This document shows, in pieces, positions 33,120 through 44,356 of a stretch of DNA of 64,000 nucleotides; position 1 is the stretch's first letter, and each line of letters opens with the position of its first letter. Both the position numbers and the translations under genes were made by a program. Source of the stretch: Thermoleophilia bacterium (GTDB taxonomy: Bacteria > Actinomycetota > Thermoleophilia > UBA2241); contig JAFGAW010000027.1 of the NCBI GenBank assembly GCA_016933475.1, forward strand, positions 403-64,402, in the 5' to 3' direction. The notes beneath the pieces are model-generated. The model ran no database searches, was not told the origin of the DNA, and was given only the letters and a program-made list of their open reading frames with translations.

Positions 33120-33620
33120 TCACCACCCGCGCGTCCCGGGTCCTCCCTTGAACGGCCCCTCGACGTCGCTCGTGATCCAGCCGCCGTAGAAGTCGCCGGG
33201 CTGGGCGGCGACGCGCTCGTCGTCGACGTAGCAGGCGTCCATCTTGCCGGGGTAGAAGGCGAGGTGGTCGCGCAGGCTCTCGTAGCCGGGACGCGGCTCC
33301 GCGTAGCTCCAGGCCGCGTCCCGGATCACGCGCCCGCCGATCACGAGGTCGTGGTACGACGCGACGCCCTTGAACTCGCAGAGGGTGCGCCGCGACGATG
33401 GACGCAGCAGCTCGCGGCGCACGTCCTCCGGCGGTATGTAGTAGACCGGCGGGTGGCTCGTCTCGAGCACGCGCAGGGCGCGGCGCGTGTCGGCGACGAC
33501 TTCGCCCCCCGCTACGACGCGCACCCGGCGGTCCGTGGGCTCTACGCGTGGCGGGCGCGGGTAGTCCCAGACGGACTCGCGCGGCCGCGACGGCCGCTCA
33601 CTCTCTCGCCGGGATCCCAT
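33120..33620 (-). CDS. DUF427-domain protein
   Basis: SVWDYPRPP...VYYIPPEDV...TLCEFKGVASY resembles the DUF427 signature; 166 aa. Confidence 0.5.
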   Translation of the reverse strand: MGSRRESERPSRPRESVWDYPRPPRVEPTDRRVRVVAGGEVVADTRRALRVLETSHPPVYYIPPEDVRRELLRPSSRRTLCEFKGVASYHDLVIGGRVIRDAAWSYAEPRPGYESLRDHLAFYPGKMDACYVDDERVAAQPGDFYGGWITSDVEGPFKGGPGTRGW

Positions 33621-33737
33621 GGCGACAGCATTCCCCGTCGCCGCGAAGTCGTGTCGCCGACCTTGCGGGGCGGCCTTGGCCGACGGCGTCCGCGGGACTG
33701 CCCCTGCTGGAGCGCCCCGTCGTACGGGCCCCGTGCG

Positions 33738-34076
33738 TCAGTGATCGCAGGCGTTCGCGCCGGTCACGAGCGTGCCGGCGAGATAGGCATCGGCCAGGGC
33801 TTCGGGGGCACCCGGCTCGGCGCCCACGATCACCTGGATCCCGTGCTCGCAGAAGAGGTCCTGTGCCCGGCGGCCCATGCCGCCGGCGATGATCGCATCG
33901 ACGTCCCGCTGCGCGAGCCAGGCGGGCAGCAGGCCGGGCTCGTGCGGCGGCGAGTCGACGTCCTGGCGACCGAGGACGCTCTTCGTCTCCTCATCCACAT
34001 CGATGAGGGCGAAGCACTGACAGTGCCCGAAGTGTGCCGACAGGGTGCCATTGACGATGGGTATGGCGATCCTCAT
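33738..34076 (-). CDS. NifX/NafY/MTH1175-like dinitrogenase FeMo-cofactor-binding-fold protein
   Basis: MRIAIPIVNGTLSAHFGHCQCFALIDVDEE opening and the AIIAGGMG motif, typical of the Nitro_FeMo-Co (NifB-C/NifX) fold; 112 aa; start overlaps the upstream gene stop (ATGA). Confidence 0.65.
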   Translation of the reverse strand: MRIAIPIVNGTLSAHFGHCQCFALIDVDEETKSVLGRQDVDSPPHEPGLLPAWLAQRDVDAIIAGGMGRRAQDLFCEHGIQVIVGAEPGAPEALADAYLAGTLVTGANACDH

Positions 34077-34543
34077 TCCGTGTCCTCCTGTTTCCGGTCT
34101 CCGTCATGGGCAGGCGCGCCGACCTCGCTGTGGACCTGCAGGGACTCCCGGCAGGCGGCGTGGAGGGTGTTGGCGGCGAGCAGGGCGCAGTGCTCCGTCT
34201 CGGCGGGCATACCGCCGAGCGCCTCGAGGATGTCCGCCTGGCAGAGGCCGAGGACGTCGTCGACGGCCCGGTCCTCGGACAGCTCCGCCGCCATGTCCCC
34301 GCACGCCCGGGCGCTCCCGCAGCCGTCGGTGACGAACGAGGTGTGCCGCACGCGACCCGAGTCGATATCGACCCAGAACTCCATCGTGTCCCCGCACGGC
34401 CCCTTGATGCGGGCGTGGCCGCTCCAGGCGTCGAGGCGCCCGTAGTGATCGGGGTGCAGCGCGTGCTCGCTCGCTACGGTCGAGAGCTGCAGCTCGTCCA
34501 TCTCGTGCTCGTGCGTCATCGATCGTCTCCTCGTCAGTGCCAC
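34073..34543 (-). CDS. IscU/NifU-N-like Fe-S cluster scaffold protein
   Basis: Three scaffold Cys in the canonical contexts GPCGDTMEF, DGCGSARACGD and EHCALLAANTLHAAC; true start may be one of two internal ATGs. Confidence 0.7.
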   Translation of the reverse strand: MALTRRRSMTHEHEMDELQLSTVASEHALHPDHYGRLDAWSGHARIKGPCGDTMEFWVDIDSGRVRHTSFVTDGCGSARACGDMAAELSEDRAVDDVLGLCQADILEALGGMPAETEHCALLAANTLHAACRESLQVHSEVGAPAHDGDRKQEDTE

Positions 34544-34599
34544 CGCGTGCCGTGCGCCTCACGTGGCGCGGTCAGTCGACGCACACGGAGATTGGGCAT

Positions 34600-35595
34600 A
34601 TGCTCATAATACCAGCTTGCGGTCGGGTCTTCGGCGAGATCGCGGCCGCCACGGAGCGGACACGACGAGGGGAAAGGCACCGGACCGCTGTGCACACCGC
34701 GCTCGACTGCATTCCGTGCTTCACCCGTCAGGCCCTCGGGGCGCTGCGCTGCGCGGCCACCGCCGAGGCGGCGCAGCGTGAGGTGATGCGCCACGTACTG
34801 AGGGCGCTCGCGGCAGAGGTCGACCTCGGATCGTCACCGCCGGAGATCGCGCAGCGCGTCCATCGCCTCGTGCGTCGTCTCATCGGCGACGGGGACCCGT
34901 ACGCCTCCCTTAAGGCACGCGCGAACGCGATCGCCCTCGCCGCGGAGCCGCATCTGCAGGCGTCGGTCGAATCCGCTCCCGACCGGTTCGCGGCCGCCAC
35001 ACGTCTGGCGATCGCCGCCAACGCGCTCGACGCCGGCATCAGCACGGCGGCGGCCGTCGGCGGCGAGCATCGACGCGGCGAGAGTCAAGGCGCCGCGGAC
35101 CGGCTCGTGCGCGACCTGCGCCGGGGCCTGGAGGAGCCGCTCCACGGCGACCTGGAAGAGTTCCGCGGCGCCATCGCGCGCGCCGAGCGCATCGTGTATC
35201 TCACCGACAACAGCGGCGAGATCGTCGCCGACGGGCTGCTCGTGGGGCAACTCCCGAAGGGTCGCGTCATCGTTGCCGTACGCGGCGCCCCCGTGCTGAA
35301 CGACGCGACGCTCGCGGATGCTCGTGCGGCCGGGCTCGACGCGCTGGCCTCGGTCGTCGAGAACGGGTCGGACGCGCCGGGTACCGTGCTCTCAGACTGC
35401 TCGCCCGAGTTCCGGCGCGTGTTCGCCGAGGCGGACGTGATCGTCTCCAAAGGGCAAGGCAACTACGAGTCGTTGAGCGACGTCGACGCCCCCGTCTTCT
35501 TCCTCTTCAAGGTGAAGTGCCCGCTTGCGGCGCGGCACGCGGGACTGCCGCTCGGCGCCCACGCCCTGCTGCGCTCAGCGGGCGCGGGGGCCTGA
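34600..35595 (+). CDS. DUF89 / ARMT1-like damage-control phosphatase family protein, CxxC-containing subfamily
   Basis: N-terminal LDCIPCF motif of the DUF89 subfamily; conserved D-N-S-G-E and KGQGNYE-like C-terminal motifs (LTDNSGEIV, SKGQGNYESL); start at internal ATG MLIIPACG. Confidence 0.55.
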   Translation: MLIIPACGRVFGEIAAATERTRRGERHRTAVHTALDCIPCFTRQALGALRCAATAEAAQREVMRHVLRALAAEVDLGSSPPEIAQRVHRLVRRLIGDGDPYASLKARANAIALAAEPHLQASVESAPDRFAAATRLAIAANALDAGISTAAAVGGEHRRGESQGAADRLVRDLRRGLEEPLHGDLEEFRGAIARAERIVYLTDNSGEIVADGLLVGQLPKGRVIVAVRGAPVLNDATLADARAAGLDALASVVENGSDAPGTVLSDCSPEFRRVFAEADVIVSKGQGNYESLSDVDAPVFFLFKVKCPLAARHAGLPLGAHALLRSAGAGA

Positions 35596-35808
35596 GGTCG
35601 GGCCGCGGGCCGGCGCACGGTCCCGCCGACCCGCGCGGGCCGCCGCGGTCGTCCCCGGCCGGCGCGCGGCGTACGGCGCCGCTTGCTTGGCCGCGCCTTC
35701 CGCTCTCTCCCGCCACGCACTATCATGGTGGGCGACGGCAGTCTGGAGGGGTCTGGCCGGTGAGAGCGCCGGGCGGCGGCTGCCCATGTCACCGAGAAAG
35801 GGGTCACC

Positions 35809-36726
35809 GTGGGCTACATCATCACAGCTGCCGTGGTCGTCTTCGTCGTCCTCGTCCTGGCGCTGCTCCTGGCGGGCATCCGCATCGTGCGCCCGACGAG
35901 CCGCGGCCTCGTCGAGCGGCTGGGCAAGTACAACCGCTTCGCCGGACCGGGCTTCCACGTCATCATCCCGCTGATCGAGCACATGTATAAGGTCGACATC
36001 CGCGAGGCGCTGGTCGACGCGCAGCCGCAGACCATCATCACCAACGACAACCTCAACGCGCGCGTCGACGCGCAGGTCTACCTCAAGGTCAGAGCCGACG
36101 AGGAGAACGTCAAGGCCTCGCAGTACAACGTGGCCCAGTACGAGCGCCAGATCGTGAACCTCGCGCGCACCACCCTGCGTAACATCATCGGCACCATGAG
36201 CCTCAAGTCGGCGAACAGCGAGCGCGGGCGCATCAACGAGGAGCTTCGCTCGACGCTCAAGATCGAGACCGCGAGCTGGGGCATCGAGATCCTCCGCACC
36301 GAGCTCAAAGAGATCGACCCGCCGGCCGACGTGCAGGAGACGATGAACAAGGTCGTGAAGGCCGAGAACGAGAAGATCGCCGCCATCGACTACGCGACGG
36401 CGCGCGAGACCCAGGCCGACGGCGAGCGGCGCGCCTCGATCCAGCAGGCGGAGGGCATCAAGCGGGCGCGCGTCCTGGCCGCCGAGGGCGAGGCCGAGGC
36501 CATCAAGCTCGTGAACGAGGCGGCCGACCGCTACTTCGTCGGCAACGCGCAGATGCTGCGCCGCATCGAGGCCGTCGAGCGCGCGCTCTGGCAGAACGCC
36601 AAGGTCGTGCTGCCGAGCGACGCCGAGCTTGTCAACGTGATCGGTGATCTCGGCGGGCTGACGCCGCTGCCGAAGGGCGACGGCGCGAAGGTGCCGGACG
36701 CTCCGGTGGCGCCGAAGAAGAGGTAG
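35809..36726 (+). CDS. SPFH/band-7 (stomatin-like) membrane protein
   Basis: N-terminal TM helix followed by the SPFH domain (IRIVRPTSRGLVERLGKY...PGFHVIIPLIE...DNLNARVDAQVYLKV) and a C-terminal coiled-coil. Confidence 0.8.
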   Translation: MGYIITAAVVVFVVLVLALLLAGIRIVRPTSRGLVERLGKYNRFAGPGFHVIIPLIEHMYKVDIREALVDAQPQTIITNDNLNARVDAQVYLKVRADEENVKASQYNVAQYERQIVNLARTTLRNIIGTMSLKSANSERGRINEELRSTLKIETASWGIEILRTELKEIDPPADVQETMNKVVKAENEKIAAIDYATARETQADGERRASIQQAEGIKRARVLAAEGEAEAIKLVNEAADRYFVGNAQMLRRIEAVERALWQNAKVVLPSDAELVNVIGDLGGLTPLPKGDGAKVPDAPVAPKKR

Positions 36727-36820
36727 GCGACCCGCGCCGGCCGCGCGTGCCCCCGGCAGGCGCGGCGCCCGGAACCCGTGGGCGGCACCGCGACGGGCCG
36801 CAGGCGGCGCCGTGGCCGGG

Positions 36821-37672
36821 TCAGCCGGGGCGTGCGTCGCCCAGCCGGCGCCAGACCAGGCCGCGGTGCGGGGCGAGGAAGAACGCGGCGACGAAGAAGG
36901 CCGTTGCGGTCAGCACGATCGCCGCCCCGGAGGCGACGTCGAGGTAGTAGCTCAGGTACAGCCCGACGACGCTCGAGACCACGCCCACGACGGCCGCGAC
37001 CGCCATCATCGTCGGCAACCGCTGCGTGAGCAGCGACGCCGTCGCACCCGGCGTCACGAGCAGCGCCGTCACCAGCCCGACGCCGACGGTCTGCAGGGAC
37101 ACCACGACGGTCAGGGCCAGCAGCACGAGGAGCGCGAGCAGCACGAGCCCCGGCCGGCGGCCGAGCGTGTGCGCGAGCAGCGGGTCGAACGAGGCGAGCA
37201 GCAGCTCACGATAGAGGAGGGCCACGGCGAGCAGCACCGCTGCGGCGAGCCCGCCGGTGAGCCAGAGGTCGGTCGTCGAGACGCCGAGCACGTCGCCGAA
37301 GAGGATGTGCGTGAGATCGGTGGCGTACGAACCCGTCGAGCTGATGAGGAGCACACCGAGGGAGAGCGCCGCGGCAAACAGGATGCCGATCGCGGTGTCC
37401 TCGCGGACGGTCCCGTGCCGGGTGAGGAAGCCGATGCCGAGCGCGACCAGCAGCGCCGCGACCAATGCTCCGGCGAGGAGGTCGACCCCGGCGAGGTAGG
37501 CGAGGGCGATGCCGGGCAGGACGGCATGGGCCAGGGCGTCGCCGAGAAACGCCATCGAGCGCAGGACGACGTAGCAGCCCAGCACCGAGCAGACGAGGCC
37601 GACGACGACGGCCGCCACGAGGGCGCGTTGCATGAAGGCGAGGGCGAAGGGCTCGGTCAGCCAGTCGATCAC
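36821..37672 (-). CDS. znuB: Metal (Zn/Mn) ABC transporter permease
   Basis: LTEPFALAFMQRALV...VVLRSMAFLGDALAHAVLPGIA typical of ZnuB/MntB; GTG start chosen at 37672; the longer ORF to 37753 runs through a tandem repeat. Confidence 0.7.
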   Translation of the reverse strand: MIDWLTEPFALAFMQRALVAAVVVGLVCSVLGCYVVLRSMAFLGDALAHAVLPGIALAYLAGVDLLAGALVAALLVALGIGFLTRHGTVREDTAIGILFAAALSLGVLLISSTGSYATDLTHILFGDVLGVSTTDLWLTGGLAAAVLLAVALLYRELLLASFDPLLAHTLGRRPGLVLLALLVLLALTVVVSLQTVGVGLVTALLVTPGATASLLTQRLPTMMAVAAVVGVVSSVVGLYLSYYLDVASGAAIVLTATAFFVAAFFLAPHRGLVWRRLGDARPG

Positions 37673-37711
37673 GCGGTCCTCGCCTCGACCGCTGCAGGAC
37701 CGCACGGGACC

Positions 37712-37766
37712 GCCGTCACGCGTCTGCACCCGGCCGCCGTCACGCGTCTGCACCCGGCCGTCGTCA
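37712..37766. repeat. Perfect 24-bp tandem direct repeat (GCCGTCACGCGTCTGCACCCGGCC x2, plus a partial third copy) between znuC and znuB
   Basis: Direct reading of 37712-37735 and 37736-37759, which are identical; a partial copy follows. Confidence 0.85.
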
Positions 37767-38579
37767 CGGAGCCTTCTCCTCGCCGGTGTGGCTGTGGCGG
37801 TGGGCGATGCCGTCGCCGACGTGGCCCGGGCAGCACTGGTCGACGACGACCATGTCGCCGACGAAGAGCGCCTGCCCGCCGTACGCCTCGCCGATGTGGG
37901 CGGGGGTGAAGACCTCGGCCGGCGGGCCGTAGGCGATGAGCCGCTGGTTCAGAAGGGCGGCGAGCTCGAAGCGCGTCGCCGCCGTGTTCATGTCGTGGGT
38001 CGAGACGAGCACGGTGATGTCTTCGCCGCGCAGGACCTCGAGCAGCCCGAGCAACGCCTCCTTGGCCGAGGCGTCGACGCCGGTGAACGGCTCGTCGAGC
38101 AGCAGGACGTGCGGCTCCTGGGCGAGCGCGCGGGCGAGGAAGACGCGCTGCTGCTGCCCGCCCGAGAGCTCCCCGATGGGGCGCCGTGCGAGGTGGGCGA
38201 TCGACAGCTCGTCGAGGGCGCGGGCGACGGCCTCGCGGTCGGCCGCCTGGGGGCGTCGTACCGCCCCCAGGCGGCCGTACCGCCCCATCATCACCACGTC
38301 GGCGACCGTGACCGGGAACCGCCAGTCGATCTCCTCGCGCTGCGGTACATAGGCGACGGGGTCGGTCTGGTCGCCGGGCGGGCGCCCGTGGACGAGCACG
38401 TGTCCGTGCTGCGGGCGCAGCAGGCCTACCATCGCCTTGAACAGGGTCGACTTGCCGGCCCCGTTGGGTCCGACGATCGCCACCTGCGCACCGTGCGGTA
38501 CGTGCAGCGTGACCCGCTCGAGCGCGGGCTGGCCGTTGTAGCGGACGGTGAGCTCCTCGAGGGCGAGCATGGCTGTCAT
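37764..38579 (-). CDS. znuC: Metal ABC transporter ATP-binding protein
   Basis: Walker A GPNGAGKST, signature LSGGQQQRVFLARAL, Walker B LLLDEPFTGVD. Confidence 0.8.
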   Translation of the reverse strand: MTAMLALEELTVRYNGQPALERVTLHVPHGAQVAIVGPNGAGKSTLFKAMVGLLRPQHGHVLVHGRPPGDQTDPVAYVPQREEIDWRFPVTVADVVMMGRYGRLGAVRRPQAADREAVARALDELSIAHLARRPIGELSGGQQQRVFLARALAQEPHVLLLDEPFTGVDASAKEALLGLLEVLRGEDITVLVSTHDMNTAATRFELAALLNQRLIAYGPPAEVFTPAHIGEAYGGQALFVGDMVVVDQCCPGHVGDGIAHRHSHTGEEKAP

Positions 38580-38615
38580 CGCAGGGCCTCGAGTCTCATT
38601 GCGGGGTCTGAGGCT

Positions 38616-39605
38616 TCATCGCAGGGCCTCGACGATGCGCTGCGTGTCGTGGCGCAGCATCTCGATGTAGGTGGCCGCCCCGCCGCCGGGCTCGCTCAGC
38701 GAGTGCACGCGGAGGTCGTCGACGACCTCGATGCCGGTCTCCCCGGCGATCTGGCGGCCGAGACCGGGATCCTCGCCGATGTCCACGAAGATCGCCTTCA
38801 CGCCGGTCGCGCGCACGGTGGCGACGAGCTCCGCGAGGTCGCGGGCGCTCGGCGTCTCGCCGCTGCTCACGCCGGGGATCACGGCACCGACGATGCGCAG
38901 GCCGTAACGGTCGGCGTAGTAGCCGTGGCTGACGTGGTTCATGACCAGCTGGCGGTCGTCCGGGGCGATCGTCGCGATCTGTGCGGCGATCCAGCGGTCG
39001 AGCTCATGGAGCTCGCCGACGTAGGCCTCGGCATTCCTGCGGTACTCGTCGGCGCCGGCGGGGTCGATCTCGATCAGCGCGTCGCGCATGGTCGTCACGT
39101 AGCTCACGGCGAGCGTGGGGTCGAGCCAGAAGTGCGGGTCGACCTCGCCGTCCTCGGCGTGGTCATCGCCGCCGCTCTCGCCCTCGTGAGCGGGCTCTCC
39201 GGGTCGCGGCGTGCGCGGCTCGAGACCGGCGGCCGCCTCGATCACGGGCGCGTCGCCGCGGGCCTCACGCAGCATGTCGGCGAGCTGACTCTCGAGCCCG
39301 GCGCCGTTGAGGACGACGAGGTCGGCGCGGGCCGTTTCACGGAGGTGCGAGGGTGTCGGCTGAAAGACGTGGGGGTCGGTCCCGGAGGGGATCAGCGACG
39401 TCACGGCGGCGCGCTCGCCGGCCACGTTGCGCGCCATGTCGGCGAGGAACGCGGTGCTGGCCACGACCTGTAAGCGGCCGTCGTCGGCCGCCTCGCCGCC
39501 GCAGGCGATGACCCCGGCAGCCGCGACCGCCAGCACAAGCGGCAACATGAGCGCCAGCCCGACTGTCGGCGCGACGAAGGCTCGTCCTGTACGCGGCCGG
39601 CTCAC
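38616..39605 (-). CDS. znuA: Zinc ABC transporter substrate-binding lipoprotein (cluster A-I, ZnuA-like) with a His/Asp/Glu-rich loop
   Basis: Lipobox IACGG; conserved metal-site His residues; flexible acidic/His-rich loop HEGESGGDDHAEDGEVDPH characteristic of Zn-specific ZnuA. Confidence 0.8.
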   Translation of the reverse strand: MSRPRTGRAFVAPTVGLALMLPLVLAVAAAGVIACGGEAADDGRLQVVASTAFLADMARNVAGERAAVTSLIPSGTDPHVFQPTPSHLRETARADLVVLNGAGLESQLADMLREARGDAPVIEAAAGLEPRTPRPGEPAHEGESGGDDHAEDGEVDPHFWLDPTLAVSYVTTMRDALIEIDPAGADEYRRNAEAYVGELHELDRWIAAQIATIAPDDRQLVMNHVSHGYYADRYGLRIVGAVIPGVSSGETPSARDLAELVATVRATGVKAIFVDIGEDPGLGRQIAGETGIEVVDDLRVHSLSEPGGGAATYIEMLRHDTQRIVEALR

Positions 39606-40240
39606 GCCGCCTCCAGCGGGTCGTCGGCGCGGCCGGGGTCGACATCGGTGCAGCCACGATAGGTGCCGCCGACATCGCCGTGGCCGGCGCCGCCGACATC
39701 GCCGTGGCCGGCGCCGCCGACATCGCCGTGGCCGGCGCCGCCGACATCGCCGTGGCCGTAGCCGCCGAAATCATCACGGTCGGAGCCTGCGGCACCGGCG
39801 GTGCGACGCACCCCGCGGGCCTGGCACTCGGCACACACGCCACTCAGCTGCAGGAAGTGCTCCTCGATCGCGAAGCCCGTCTCCTTCGCCGCGCGGCGGA
39901 TCAGGGAGGAAACGTCGCAGTCGGTGAACTCGCCGACCTTGCCGCAGCCCAGGCAGACCACACTGTGCCCGTGGTCGCTCTCGGCCGGGACGAACGCCTC
40001 GCAGTGCCCGTCGGCGTGGACGCGGCGGATCGCCCCGGCCTCGCTCAGGAGCTCGAGGGTGCGGTACACGGTCGTCAGGCCGAGGTCGGGGCAGTCCCGC
40101 CGGCCGGCGTCGAACAGCTGGAGGGCGCTCAGGGCGGCGTCGGTGCGCGCCAATGCCTCGACCACGGCACGCCGCTGGCGCGTGAGACGTAACCCGCGGG
40201 CGCCCAGCCGCCCTGCCATATCGGTCGCGTCCAGCCTCAT
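39602..40240 (-). CDS. zur: Fur-family zinc uptake regulator with a C-terminal (GHGDVGGA)x4 repeat tail
   Basis: Fur-family DNA-binding helix region (LTRQRRAVVEAL...TVYRTLELL) and structural-Zn Cys pairs (CLGCG, CAEC); a Zur box sits 23 nt upstream; first gene of the znu operon. Confidence 0.75.
   Translation of the reverse strand: MRLDATDMAGRLGARGLRLTRQRRAVVEALARTDAALSALQLFDAGRRDCPDLGLTTVYRTLELLSEAGAIRRVHADGHCEAFVPAESDHGHSVVCLGCGKVGEFTDCDVSSLIRRAAKETGFAIEEHFLQLSGVCAECQARGVRRTAGAAGSDRDDFGGYGHGDVGGAGHGDVGGAGHGDVGGAGHGDVGGTYRGCTDVDPGRADDPLEAA
39665..39760. repeat. 24-bp tandem repeat x4 (GCCGCCGACATCGCCGTGGCCGGC) at the 3' end of zur, encoding (GHGDVGGA)4
   Basis: Four consecutive copies read directly from the sequence; the last copy differs at 2 nt. 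Confidence 0.85.
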
Positions 40241-40262
40241 GAGCGTGGGGTGCCGTTGAAAC

Positions 40263-40277
40263 TGAAAATCGTTTTCA
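40263..40277 (-). promoter_or_regulatory. Zur box (TGAAAATCGTTTTCA) in the zur-znuACB promoter region
   Basis: Near-perfect 7-1-7 inverted repeat, one mismatch from the actinobacterial Zur consensus TGAAAATCATTTTCA; AT-rich island in GC-rich DNA, 23 nt upstream of the zur start codon. Confidence 0.6.
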
Positions 40278-40334
40278 TTGTGGCGGCAGCGTACACCTCA
40301 CTGTAGCCCGGAGCAAGGGCGCGTGCGGCGCGGG

Positions 40335-41078
40335 TCAGGCCTGCGACAGGGGGCAGGCGGCGATGCAGATGCCGCAGACCGTCTCGGGACTCTCGCCGTA
40401 GGTGACCGCCATGTGGTGACGGCAGGCGGCGGCGTCGAAGAGCCTGGAGAGCGGCATGCCGGCGCGCCAGCGCACGTCACGGCCACAGCCCGCGGGGCAG
40501 GCGTCGATGCAGGCGCGGCAGTCGCCGCAGCGCCCCTCGAGGATCGGCGTGCCCACCGGTAACGACAGGTCGGTGAACACCGTGGCCAGGCGCACAGCGG
40601 GACCGAAGTCGTTGGAGACGAAGAGGGCCGTCTTGCCGATCCAACCCAGTCCCGCCTGGGTGGCGGCGGTCTTGTGGGGGAAAGGGGCGTCGTGGCCGTG
40701 ACCGCGGTCGTCGTGGCCGGGGCCATCGCCGTTGCCACCGGGCCCGTGGCCGCCGGCCCCGGGCGTCGTCGTGACGGTGGCCGGGATCGCCTCGGCACGG
40801 TGACCGTGTTCGCGCAGCGCGGCGGTGAGGGTCGCGGCCGCGGCATCGAGCGCGGCGTTCACGCGCCGGTGCTCCTCGCGGTAGTCGTCGGTGGGTCCGT
40901 GGTGCAGGGCGCGCAGCACCGCCGGGTCGAGGCGCATGAGCATCGTCACCGCGGTCGGGAGGTCCGGTGCCAGCGGATCGAGCCTGGGATCGTTGGCGGC
41001 GACACCCCACGCGGCGATGTCCCTGCTCCTCAGGAGTCGGCCGATGGTGTGCCGGTCGAGCACGTTCAGCATGGACAA
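40335..41078 (-). CDS. QueG-related (epoxyqueuosine reductase-like) 4Fe-4S protein with shortened N-domain and a His/Gly-rich insertion
   Basis: AGLGWIGKTALFVSNDFGPAVRLATVFTDLSLP...CGDCRACIDACP...CGICIAACP closely follows the QueG C-terminal half; insertion GAGGHGPGGNGDGPGHDDRGHGHD. Confidence 0.55.
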   Translation of the reverse strand: MSMLNVLDRHTIGRLLRSRDIAAWGVAANDPRLDPLAPDLPTAVTMLMRLDPAVLRALHHGPTDDYREEHRRVNAALDAAAATLTAALREHGHRAEAIPATVTTTPGAGGHGPGGNGDGPGHDDRGHGHDAPFPHKTAATQAGLGWIGKTALFVSNDFGPAVRLATVFTDLSLPVGTPILEGRCGDCRACIDACPAGCGRDVRWRAGMPLSRLFDAAACRHHMAVTYGESPETVCGICIAACPLSQA

Positions 41079-41592
41079 GCCCCTCTGGTCGGCACGGCGA
41101 TCGCCGCCGCGACGAGTCGCTCAGATGGTGGCACCCGGGTCAGTCGCGCCGCAATGGACGGAGGCACGGACTTCGCTCTTCCACTTGGCCCTTCTGGACA
41201 GTCGCGCGGGCGGGTTCGACAGTCTGTCGCGACAGGCCGGATCCGTTTGTGACGAAACGGTGAAATGTGCCTCGCTGCACAAGCGACGGGTTTGCGCCCG
41301 GGTGTCCTCCGGACAAACTAGGAGTGCGACAATCCGATATTGCGGAGGAGGTGAGACCGATGCAGGGGTACGCCTATCTGTACTACAGGCTCGCCCGCGG
41401 GGAGCGGCGCGACAGGTCGCGCAGGTGACCATCGGCTGACGATGAGCACGCGACCAACAGACGTATCGTCCTGAAGGGGACGGTCTGCTGAGGCGGATCG
41501 TCCCCTTCTTCACGTCCGGGGCCCTGAAGTCGCTCGCGGCAGCAGTGCGCGGGAGTCGTTCGCGGCAGGCGTCCGCGGGGATCGTGCGACGG

Positions 41593-44091
<2,499 letters not shown>

Positions 44092-44356
44092 CCTGCCTTC
44101 TCGGAGTGCGCCTGAGCTTGATCGCGGCGTCTGCCCGGACGCCGCTCGGCGGTGTAGCCCTCCGAGCTTCGACTGCGTCCGGCCACCGCGCGGCACGGGC
44201 TCGCCAAGGGCCGGCCTCCGCACTCCTACGACCTATTCCCCGTGCGGTCCGCTTATACCCCCCTGGGGTACGCGTGCTCGCCCCGCCCCTGGGCGCCCGG
44301 TATGATTGCCGCCGGTGCGGCCCGCGACCATGTCCGGCCCTGTGAGGTGACGACGC

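Noticed and set aside
39665-39760. Possible CRISPR array suggested by regularly spaced 24-bp repeats
   Set aside because: The repeats are contiguous with no spacers and lie inside the zur coding frame, encoding (GHGDVGGA)4. The same applies to the 24-bp repeat at 37712 and the 12-bp repeat at 63364. No cas genes are present.
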